A stretch of 61,045 nt of DNA, counting the filler, from Dugesia japonica (Eukaryota), in assembly GCA_001938525.1 (NCBI GenBank). It is 6 parts of 6 records of this genome, joined end to end, with 100 filler letters (N's around TTAATTAATTAA, not from the genome) between each part and the next. Parts side by side here need not be neighbours in the genome. Positions count along the whole stretch, not along the records: positions 43,245 to 51,784 come from MQRL01593053.1; positions 51,885 to 61,045 come from MQRL01573941.1; 4 more parts are not named here. The stretch is one strand, 5' to 3'. Position numbers and translations under genes: made by a program. Under the pieces are notes generated by a model, which had not been told where the DNA came from, searched no databases, and saw only the letters and a list, made by a program, of their open reading frames with translations. Of the stretch, positions 50,028 to 61,045 are shown piece by piece; the stretch's first letter is position 1; every line of letters starts with the position of its first letter.

Positions 50028-52084
50028 ATTTGTTTGTTTATTTCCTACATTAATAGTTAATAAAATTTCTTTTATTTAATTAGGTTGAAGTACATTTAGG
50101 TAATTAAATAGTGATATTTTAGAAAACGTAAATTATGATAAAACACGGGTTTTCATTTATAAACGAAGCATAGCATCACTATTAGTCTAACCAATCTCTA
50201 CTAAAAGAAATTCATCATAAATTCAGATACAGTGGTTATTCTTCAGCGATCTCCACAATAGATTCTAGGGGGAACATCTCAACGAAACACTGAAGGTCTG
50301 TCTCGTCGGGATGTTCCACCCGGCCTTTGGTTNNNNNNNNNNNNNNNNNNNNNNNNNNNNNNNNNNNNNNNNNNNNNNNNNNCGGATTGGCGTTGTTTTC
50401 TTATTTTTCGTAAAGTATCACGCAATACTGCTGGCATTATCTAAGGAAACAAAAAAATATAACAATAACATCGTTAAAACCATCTTGCTATTCGTTTACC
50501 CGATAATTTAATGTTATTGTACTATAAATACGAGGTTGAGACGCTTCCTTACACTCAAAGATAAATTGTTAAATAAAATCCTATTTTAGAATCCCTTTTG
50601 GTGTAGCACCACCTGGTTCTTTAAAATATCATGATTGAACTAATGGACGCCTCTATTACTCAGATACTGAATCATTAACGAGTTATGGACCACATAGGGT
50701 TGAGATTAATCATAACAGTATTTGAATAACTATGCTGGTAAATAGAGAATTAATTCAATGATCGGTGGAATTCCTCTACAGACTTATTTATTTCAGTCCT
50801 TGTCAGTTACAAAATCTACTTTTACTGATGACAAAAATCCAAGGGTGACTTCAATGACATAAATCTTACTGCGGTTCATAATACATAAAACTACGGCTAG
50901 CCCTTTCTAAACAAAAATAAAACAAAGGTGGTCCTACTGACCAAGGTTTTTATTTTCTAAATTACTTTATTTCATAAAAAATTTTAGTGCAGGAATCCTA
51001 GTTTTTGTCAACACAAGATAATAATTGATTCAAATCAATGTGGGTTTAAATTGATATTATTTGATAATACCGAGGCCAGTAAAACTACTCCACACTCTTA
51101 TTAATATTACTGTCCGTAATTATCGCAAAGGTAACCACAATAGAGACAATAACACTCCTCATAATCATACCGCTAAGGCCGGTATTAGCTGATAAGTCTA
51201 ACACCGACAACAACGATACTCATGATGATGAGATCAATTACCCGACTATGGTTATACTTGGACCAACTAACAGCTCGATATAAGTACTGACAACAGGATA
51301 TTAAGATAAATTGGAATTTCTTATTATAATAATAATATAGCAATAAAATATTATGGAAGGAAAATCAGGCCTTGGTTAAAAAATTTGTTTTTTATATTTC
51401 TGCTCAAACCGGATGCTTGGCAATTTAGTTACTCTTCTCTTCTCGTTTGCAGATACACACTGACGAGTTAGGTGGATTGCACAACTGTAGCCATGCATAC
51501 TCCGCTGGTGGTATGCAAACCATCGATTGATAAATTCGATAACAGATTTATGTAAATCCTTATGTGGACTATACAATAATATAGACATGCAGCAGAACAT
51601 GAAATAGTTTCATATTAGACAAGGAAAGTCTAATGCAATTCTCAATCTGGTGTAAACACGGGAATTCACAGAAAAATATAGTGAATTGATGATCGGCTGC
51701 CTATGGAAAATAATTGAATGATCGAACCCAATCCTTTCACAAGCCAAGCGCATCCACTATTACCGATCTTATCATTTCTCAGCANNNNNNNNNNNNNNNN
51801 NNNNNNNNNNNNNNNNNNNNNNNNNNNNTTAATTAATTAANNNNNNNNNNNNNNNNNNNNNNNNNNNNNNNNNNNNNNNNNNNNAAAAAATGAAATCATT
51901 TAAAAATAAAATATTTTCTTAAATACTTAAGAAATATAAATGATGTAATAATATATAATAACATCACCTTTTTTATCAAGAAAAATGAATTATAAATAAA
52001 TATTTTTGTAATCAGAAGTTTATTCTTTAAATGAATTTAAAATTTACAATGTAAGTTACTTATACACAAGGTTTGAAGTATCGA

Positions 52085-52143
<59 letters not shown>

Positions 52144-52220
52144 TATTATTANNNNNNNNNNNNNNNNNNNNNNNNNNNNNNNNNNNNNNNNNNNNNNNNN
52201 NTATTAGTATTACTATTATT
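52085..52220. repeat. (ATT)n microsatellite spanning a gap
   Basis: Direct inspection. Confidence 0.95.
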
Positions 52221-54006
52221 GGTATTTAACATTTTTAAATTGTATATAAGAAAGTTTTAATTTGATCATTTCAAAATGTATAACTAAATTAATATAGATT
52301 CATTGTAATATTAAAAGTAAATACTTGTTTTAATAGATTAAATCAATCAAAATATCGATTTCATAAAGTATTTAAAATGAATAGTTCATTTGAAATATAG
52401 AATAATCAAAGTAAAGTATGAAAAATGAAAAAAATTTTCGTTCTCAACGTTTCGACAATAACTGTCATAAGTTTAATACTTATTATAGAAAATAAATAAA
52501 AATATAGAAATATAGAAAGAAATTAATTTTCAGACAGAATATTTCAAATTATTTACTAACAAATTGTTCTTGCTAAAATTAGTGATTTTATAAATTTTAA
52601 ACATTAATTATTATATATTTGAAACATCAATCTTATATTTTATTTCATAATATTTCAGCATTAATGAAAAATATTACAATATTTTCGAAATCAATATATA
52701 AAAATGTTAAGTTTCATTTCAAATATTACAAAGGCCGAATTAATGTAACTTTTTTGTATGATGGATTACTGAAATAATTTCATTAATATTTATTTAGATA
52801 CAAAATAAAATTTAAAAACAATTTTTTTTCTAAGTTTTTACATCAGTTAATTACTTCTATTAAATTAATCTTTATTATAATTATTAAAACTAGACGCAGC
52901 TGGTTTTGAAAATATCAAATTTAGAATAAAGGGTCCTGTCTATTTTTGAGAGTAGTAAAATTAATTCCTATTTTATTACTTTAATTTTTTCTATTTAAAA
53001 AATTTTAATGAATAAGAAATAAGTTGCAACTACGTTATTTTTTATTTCAATCTTTGTAAGTTTAAAAAATACTTTTAGAACGANTTTTATATTTACTTTA
53101 AAAAAAATTTTAACAAATTTATTAATTTATTTATAATGTTCAAAATGAAGAAAAATCTATAAAAATATAATATAAATTATTGAATTCCAATTTTATTATA
53201 CAATAAATAATAGTAATAGAAGTATTTGAAATCGGATTAAATCATACACATTGAAATATAGATAATTGGCACCCTCACTTATTTCAGCAACGAAACTAGC
53301 AATGGAGAACAAAATAAAACAAGAATTACAGCGCCATTACAGAAGATTTAAATTCCATGGTAATATGTAAGAAACAAATCCATAAGTTGTTTTATAAACT
53401 TTAATTCTTAGTTATCTGTTAGCTATTATAGTAAATCAAAAACCTGAATGATAACACAAATTCTTACTTATTGTATTATAGATTTAAAAACTAAAATGAA
53501 TAATTGAAACAGAAGAATATGACTATTAATTAATTTTGAATTTATAAATCTACATAAATAACTTAATCAAATCAACTAACTAACACTTATCACTGATTTT
53601 ATAAAACTAGTTCATTTTAATAAAATTTATTATAAAAAACAATAATAAAAGTAAAACTACAATAGATTCCAGCGAATTTTTAATCTAGTTTTATTTAACT
53701 TAATTATGACTATTAGTCATACTAAGGTTATTGAAAAAAACTTCCAATATAGAACTTATTCATTAAAACAAATTGATTCTTTCAATATCTTCAAAACTAT
53801 CTAAATTTTTAACTTTCCAATTGATCTTTTGCAATTTAATATAAATTCATAATGATTTAAACAAGTTATTATTTTATTTAAGAAACCTTTCAATAAAATA
53901 TTTTATTTTCAAATTAATAAATACCGAAATAATTTAAAATATGAAATTCAGTAAAATTTATAGAAAAATTTAGATTTAAAAAAGAAGTTTCAATATTTAA
54001 TAATTA

Positions 54007-54625
54007 TTTACAAATACAATTACTGCGAGAATGATTGTTGGGCTTAATCATTGATCGCATTTTTAACGTTTCAATAAATTAAAAAGCTTCGATCAAAATG
54101 TAGTTCTTTTAGTTCTTGTTAGCAATCCTAGTTTTCAACAATAGTCTTCTTCAGAGATTTACCTTTTGATTTATTCAAGTTATTAGAAAAATAGAAACGA
54201 TTTTATAATTAATTTTAATTATTATAAATTATACGGATTTTAAGTTTATCTTTTTTATTTAGTATTTCTTTATGTTTCTTCCTGTGGAGTGTGAAAATGT
54301 AACATGTTTTTAGTGCTTTCCAAGCTGTATAATACTTTTCTGGAAAAATTTGATGTATGTATTGAAATTTTTAGATGACTTNNNTTTTTTTTTGCTTGAG
54401 GTGTTCCCTAATTCTTATTTGAATAGTTTTACATGTTTTATTTATGTGTTTTACATATGGTGCATGTTATTTTATAAGTGATATTTTTTTCTTATTCCAT
54501 ATATTTCTATAAATATAAAAAGTAAATCCCAGAAGATCACTATCGTCGAAAATTCAGATTTCTAACAAGAACTAAAAAAATCATTATTTTGATCTAAGCT
54601 TTTTAATTTATTGAAACTTCAATAA
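54007..54625. mobile_element. Penelope-like fragment: GIY-YIG remnant (minus) between ~100-bp inverted pLTR arms
   Basis: Arms at ~54068-54167 and ~54517-54618. Minus-strand TCKTIQIRIREHLKQK is homologous to 25730-25810. Confidence 0.8.
54124..54159 (-). ncRNA. minimal type I hammerhead-like motif with intact core
   Basis: aatct-CTGAAGA-a-gac-tatt-gtt-GAAA-acta-ggatt. A mutated mirror copy lies at 54524-54561 on the plus strand. Confidence 0.55.
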
Positions 54626-55224
54626 ATATCATTTGTTAGGGGTTGGGCTTACATATTCTACATTTAAAATATTTTCATCTCCAGACAACATTTATTATTT
54701 AAAAATATTATTTAAAAACCATTAGTTTTACAAATAAATAAGTGTAATAAAATTTTACAAAACAAAATTAAAAATATTACCCAATAACTTTTTAAATCGC
54801 TACAATTTACAAACAACAATAATTTTACAAAATATTATTTACTAAATAATTAATAATTAAAAAATAACAACGCTTACTTATTGCCTTTTATCAAGTACAA
54901 TTATACTTTTCAAATAATGAACACAAAATTTACAGTAGATTTTAAAAATCTGCCAGACATAATATTGAAACAAACGATTTTAGGTTAAAATATTCTTAGC
55001 GCGAAATTCTCTGTCAAATATACCCTTCGATTTTTTTCCAACTAAAAAACTTGAAAAATATTACCGCTTAAACAAATGAAAAAATTTTGTCAACTAAAAA
55101 TTCGGAAACACTTAAAAATTACATAAAATTAATTTAAGGGTTATATTTCTGATGACGTCGTTACATAATTGATTGAACTATCAAATTTCAGATAATCTCA
55201 GATAATTTGATTACACAACCTGAT

Positions 55225-55265
55225 AACACACGAGGGATGTTCCCGTGCGCGAGGATGTATCTACT
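55225..55265. other. GC-rich hairpin followed by TATCTACT (probable element terminus)
   Basis: Hairpin cacgagggatgttcccgtg; the minus strand starts AGTAGATA, as at 31971. Confidence 0.4.
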
Positions 55266-56107
55266 TAATTACATACTTTTAAAAATAAAGAGTACTTGAA
55301 ACTTTCAAAAATTACACATTTCCTCACATCAATATTTAATTAATTTCAATATTTACCTTTAAAAATAAAATAAAATTCAAATTAAAAATTCAATGCTAAA
55401 TATCTCAAAATGACTATTCTGAAATTGAAAGTAATTTGGAGGAAAATGAATTGGATATGAAATCTGATAGTACAGTTGAAAATGATAAGAATAGGCTCGT
55501 AATTATTTAAAAAATTCTTAATTGCTTCATTTGAAATAATTCAACATATTTACTATAAATTAGTAATATTACTGATCAAATAATAAAGAAATTCAATGAA
55601 TTTGAAAGTTTGATTTATGATTTAAAAAAAAGATTGAATCAACCCAATATTAAAGGAAATTTTTAGTCAAAATTATTTTAATTAAAAAGTGTATTAATAA
55701 TTTATTTAGTTTTAAACTTTTATTTTAAAACTTTTTATTCGTTAAAAATGCCATATTCGTTATTAGACCATAATTTTATGGCCACGTTGTTCGATTTATA
55801 ACCAAGAATCAATTTATAATATTTGATACAACATTTTGTACAATATGATTTATGTTTTTGATATTATTTTTTCATTATTTATTTGAATAAACAAATTTTA
55901 TTAATATTTTTCCGATTATAATATTTTCTAATTATAATAGTATAGTTTTCTCGTTATAATATTTTTTAAAATTGATTTTTAATTTAATTTAGTATTTTTA
56001 ATTTTGAAATAATACTATTTAAATTCTTTTTTTTAAAATATATATTAAAAATCTATTTCATTAAAATAAAGAAATAGCTTCGATCAAATTAAATTGTTGT
56101 TTAATAG

Positions 56108-56145
56108 ATATTCAAATTTTCGTCTATTGTCTTCTTCATGAATAT
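56108..56145 (-). ncRNA. minimal type I hammerhead-like motif, C of CUGA mutated
   Basis: atattc-aTGAAGA-a-gacaatagac-GAAA-attt-gaatat; paralog of 43803-43840. Confidence 0.45.
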
Positions 56146-57299
56146 GATGACTCTTTGAAAAACTTAATCGATATTAGAACATTGTTACAAAATCTTTTAT
56201 ATTTTTTTTAAATTTTATTGGTTTATTTAAAATATAAATTTTATTTAAAATTGTTTCTCAAAATTTTAAAATTAAATTGAAAATTTTTAAATGTTGAATT
56301 ATTAGTTGTATTTTATTATTTTTTTTAGATTTAAAATTTTTTAACAAATTTTTTCAATGATAATTATCATAAATTAATTTTATTTTATTCAATTCAAAAT
56401 AAATTAAATTAAAAATTCAAATATAAAATTAAAAAAAGTTTTAAACACGCTTTAAAGAAAATTCGAAACTAAATTTTAATTTTTAGATAAGATTTGTTTC
56501 ATCTTTGTCCTTATGTTTTTAAGTAGAAAAAACAATAGTTTATTTTTAAAATAAAGAAAATAAGATTAAAAAATCAATTAAAATTTATCACATTGAATAG
56601 AAATATATTTTTAGGAATGTAAATTGAAATATAATCCTGTCCCGTGGTATTAGAATTAGAAAAAATATTTTATTTAATGGAAGCTATGGATTGGTTAACT
56701 TAATGGAATAGATGACATCATTAGAATTTATTTATATTTCTATTGTATTATCATACATTCAATGTGCTATTTGCATTTGTAAGAAAACATGAAATTTGCA
56801 AGTTTAAATTTTTATTACTACAAATAAAACTTGTAATTACTTTTATTTTTAATAATATGAAAATTCGGATAACATTTATTTATATTGCTAGATTATTAGA
56901 GTTAGTTATTAGATCTGTGCATAGATTTGTCCTGTTTTTATACAAATATTTTATTTAATTGTAATATTAAATATTTACCAAAAAATAAACGTTTGCACAT
57001 GTAAAGTTTTAATGTTATTTGAATGAACCCATCAAAATATATGCTCCGTGTATGACGAGAATGCTGTTGAGGATTATATGTGTCGTAAGTGGTTCAAAGA
57101 TCTTGGCCAGAAATATTTTACACCACTTCCGCATAACAATTTGAAACCAACGAAGGCATATTGGCACTTATTGGGAGTTATTACAATAAAACAACTGAAA
57201 ATATTGTAGTAATACTTGGTATTAACCATATAACAGTGTCTAGACGTCCACGTAAACTTAAAAAGAAAATACTGAAAATAATTAAAAAGGAAAAAGAGG

Positions 57300-58095
57300 A
57301 GCAATTAAACATTTCTGATGACAAAATACATGAGAAAATAGAAGATATACATAAATGATTATATCATAAAGGAGTTGAAAAGGTGTACGAATATATGAGA
57401 ACCAAATACATTGCGATAAACATGTGAAGCCAAATACAGAAGATACTTCGAAGTTGTGAAATTTGTCAGAAGACCAAAGTAGTGACAACAGCAACTAAAG
57501 AGAAGACACGTAGATTACAGCCTACAGATTTGTTTGAAGTCATATTTACAGATATATGTGGGCCAATGCCGGAAACAAGTGGACGGAAAAATACATTCTT
57601 GTAATAATCGACCAGTATAGAAAAAACCTGGTTCTAGACAAGACGAAGAGACAATAGAAAAAGCTATTTTTGAAAAGTGGATATTGTAATTTGGATGCCC
57701 AAGAGAAATAAGACTAGATTGTGGAAAAGCTTTTGAATTCAGAGCTATGCGAGATTTTACACTAAAGCTAGATATTAAACTTTGCTTTTCGAGTCCCTAT
57801 CATCATAATGCAAACGGACAAATTCAGGACAATTCGAGATTTAATTAATGAAACCCTTCAGGAAAGAAAGACAACAGATTGGGCAGATCTTTTACCGGAA
57901 ATGGAATTTACAATGAACGCGACAAAACAGAAGACGACTGGAAAGAGCCCAGCTGAGATCGTATTTAGAAAGAAAATTATTAGAGAAAAATGGTATGAGT
58001 CAGACGTTTCAGATAGAACTAAAGAAAACTCTTCGGGCGTGATTACTAACAGAGAATTCAAAGTAGGCGATTTTGTACTATATATAAATAAATAA
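57300..58095 (+). pseudogene. pol: Ty3/Gypsy integrase fragment, decayed
   Basis: IH..LYHKG, CEICQKTK, LFEVIFTDICGP, FGCPREIRLDCG, SSPYHHNANG and MNATKQKTTGKSPAEIVF. Confidence 0.88.
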
Positions 58096-59214
58096 ATATA
58101 TAAATCTATAAATAAATAGATTTTAATTATTTTCATTAGTTAAAGCAATGTTATAAAGAGAATGTTCTATTAGAACTTTAAACATTAAAAGCATTTGATT
58201 CTTTCAATAGCTTCAGATCTTTCTCTGCACTTTTAACTTAATAATTATTTCTAATTATTATTTTACTTAAATTAATTATAAAAAAACAAGTTTCATTAAA
58301 TAATTTTATTCCAAAAGTAATAAATACTGAAAATAATTTGAAATTAATAAAATAAACAATAAAAATATCGATCTATTAATTTACAGAATATCAAAATTTT
58401 AATGTATAATATTTTTGCTTATAAATTTCGTTTATATTTACGGATATCGCAGAATATTACCAGTGATTAAATAGTATCATGAAAACTGCATGACATTTAG
58501 TGATATTATTTAATGTTTTTAAATAATAATTGTTCAATACCTCCCCAAAATAGTCTTTCTGCTGGCAGCAAATTTCATAGTGTAATATGTTGAAAAATTT
58601 TAATTAATAGATATTTTAATATAAATTCACAAAAAGTACTGTTAAATGTTTGTAGCCTTTGAATAAGCATATATAAAATTAATTGGGTACATAGGAAAAC
58701 GTATTAAGTAAAACTAGTGCACTAAAATGAACTACGAAGTGTTGCCGAAACAACCCAAATTNTAAGGACAAAAAAAATGATATGCCACCAAAACAATTTC
58801 AGATCATACATTAACAAAGAAGAAACTGAAGGGATTTTTATTTGACGGTGTGCAGCACTCACAATAGTTGCTGGGTATTATCACTATGAACTTACACTTG
58901 TCCTGACGTTTCAAAACATTTTAAGAAGGTCAATGATTTTTTTAAATAGCCATTTAAACGTTTGTAGACAACATGTTTGAGGATATAATAAATCTTCAAA
59001 AATGTTAACGACAAATAATAAGTCAATATTGGCCAAGCATTTACTATTAGCATTTTGTTATTGTATTTAACCCGCACGTGTTAAATATGAGTATAAATTT
59101 TAATCAACTTGCTTATGCTAAGTAACAAGAAACCACACAAATCCTTCTACAATCCTACACATTTAAATATGTGTTGACTCAATCAAGAAGACTTGTGGAA
59201 AACTTTTTACAAAT

Positions 59215-59315
59215 ACATTTTATTTTGATCGAAGCTTTTTCTTTATTTTAATCAAATCTCAAATGCGATCAATGGTTAAGTCTAACAATTATTCTCACAA
59301 TAATTGTAATTATAT
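59215..59315 (-). mobile_element. Penelope-family terminal fragment
   Basis: Reverse complement of the tacaattattg(c/t)gagaataattgtt..cattgatcg..gatcaaaat sequence seen at 13927, 24545 and 54007. Confidence 0.6.
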
Positions 59316-60312
59316 AACACATTTAAATACCTTAATAATTTTATTTCGATAGATTGAGTATATCGGATATCAATTGGAAATTTTAAATCTATTGCTTATT
59401 TAACTTTATATGATAATAATGACAACATTTAAAGACTTTTTAAAAATTTCCTATTTAATAATTAAAAAATTGACCTCAAAAGTTTTCTTTGAAAAAATTT
59501 CGAAAATCAAATNNNNNNNNNNNNNNNNNNNNNNNNNNNNNNNNNNNNNNNNNNNNNNNNNNNNNNNNNNNNNNNNNNNNNNNNNNNNNNNNNNNNNNNN
59601 NNNNNNNNNNNNNATCATTATCTACATGAAAAGCCATTTATTTTACACAAAAAGCTAAAGTACATCAATACCGCTAAGATTTTGAAATTACGAACAACCA
59701 AATATCAGACTTCTAATACATTATCAATAGATGCAAAGATTAAAATTTTCAATCGGATTTCGAATAAAGTAAATTAACTGTTGTGAATTAGATAATTAAT
59801 AGTAAAAAAAATTATACAAAGTGATAACAAAATTCATGTCATTAAAACTTATTAAAACAGTTAATTGAAAAAAAAATTAAAATAGTTAACAAATAAAAAA
59901 ATTATTTGCCTGAATTATTTATTTAAAAAAAAGAAAATTAGGTCCATTGTATTTGTATAATTATAAATTTTTAATGGAATCATCTGATCTTTTAAATTCA
60001 AAGATGAGTGTCTCAAACTCATCTAACAACCTAAATTTTCAGTTTTTAAATATTGATTAATCGTAAAAAGCTATGTTAATCCTAAATATTTTGTGGCTCT
60101 TACAAAATTTCTTGCCTACCCTGGAAATTTGTAATGATTAACTAATTTGATTACAAGCCCGATTTTTTTAAATGCAAACCTGAATTATTTGATAATCGCT
60201 CTAAGATTATTATAAGTATTACAAATTTACAATTACAGATGTTATTTTTGTATATTATTTCTTAATGCCTACCTATAAAATTTGTTTTATTGAAATATTA
60301 TTAAACAGACTA

Positions 60313-60547
60313 ATGGCAGACATTCAAATCACTAAAGAAATTAAAAGGCATGCTATAATTGTGACTTTACAATCTGATCAAAGCGATTTAGAAATCACAA
60401 GACTTTTTAAAATTCGCCAGATCTTTTGTTTGTAATATTGTAAAATGCTAAAAAATAAAAATGAAAATATATCTAAGAAAAGTAAAAATCATATATCTAT
60501 TTACCTATAAACATCATAAATGTTCTCATTACCTTACGCACCCTGTA
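60313..60547 (+). mobile_element. Tc1/mariner-superfamily remnant (N-terminal HTH and right end)
   Basis: MADIQITKEIKRHAIIVTLQSDQSDLEIT..RSFVCNIVK is HTH-like; the fragment ends ..gcaccctg-TA. No left TIR was found. Confidence 0.5.
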
Positions 60548-61045
60548 TTTTTAATTAAGTACTTATTAAATATATATATATATATAATTAAATTTAATCA
60601 GTATTAATTAATATGATGACATATTCTACACGTTTACTAATTTATGTATAAAATATACTTATATTACGATTAATAAGTCAATTCATCATCAACATTTTCT
60701 AATGAAATGTACCTTTTACATTTTCAAGGAAAAAATGTATTTAGCGGAAGCTATTAATTAACAAAGTACAAAGATAAATACGATAAAGTAAGTGTGAAAC
60801 TATAAACATTTATTGAAATATTCAATTATTTAAATTGCATGTTATTTCCTCAAACTTCTTATTTCCTTACAAAATTTCCCCTTATTATAACAAAATAATA
60901 ATTATTTTCTCCTCTTTAAAATGTTATTAATGTACGATGTGAATAAAGTTTCAACAAATTTAAAATTTTTTAGCATAGATTTTCCTAATTTTTATAATTC
61001 TCTTACGCTTTTTTGCGTAAAGAATTTTTATCTAACAAAAATGTA

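Larger units (their letters stand above)
48485..51784 (-). mobile_element. third, incomplete LTR copy carrying ORFs A, B and C
   Basis: Same ORF order as the solo LTR. The termini are not identified (gaps on both sides), and the upstream 50.1-51.8 kb is assigned only tentatively. Confidence 0.7.
9254..51884. other. artificial scaffold linkers N44-TTAATTAATTAA-N44 at ~9254-9353, 19690-19789, 32429-32528, 43145-43244 and 51785-51884
   Basis: An identical six-frame-stop 12-mer is embedded in Ns five times. Confidence 0.95.

Noticed and set aside
9297-51840. Recurrent palindrome TTAATTAATTAA
   Set aside because: It is always centred in N runs, so it is an artificial contig linker; adjacency across these points is uncertain.
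58640-59120. Possible transposase fragment
   Set aside because: Slightly GC-richer, but no motif could be recognised with confidence.

Overview
AT-rich, repeat-dense eukaryotic DNA from a gapped draft assembly. (ATT)n arrays, Penelope/Polinton/Gypsy content and TTAATTAATTAA gap linkers suggest a planarian such as Schmidtea, but that is inference. No host gene is evident; the window is largely decayed, partly nested mobile elements (pogo, mariner, Tc1-like, hAT end, Helitron, Polinton/Maverick fragments, Penelope with hammerhead-like motifs, Gypsy pol fragments). The main feature is a giant LTR retroelement on the minus strand (32529-43368, 3' end lost in a gap). It has a TGTTGGGGT...ACCCCAACA LTR, a tRNA-Pro PBS and a gag with CCHC knuckles. 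Gag is followed by a lightly disrupted polyprotein of about 2000 aa: five diverged repeats each carrying a ubiquitin-like fold, two further SUMO/Ub-like domains, a Bcl-2-like domain, a signal peptide and a chuvirus-type envelope glycoprotein. No pol is visible. The LTR itself encodes three conserved small exons or ORFs preceded by splice acceptors, shown by a TSD-flanked 2.5-kb solo LTR (16496-19032) and a third copy at 48.5-51.8 kb. A TBP-like fragment lies next to a Polinton packaging ATPase. All domain calls are by eye from motifs; no searches were run.
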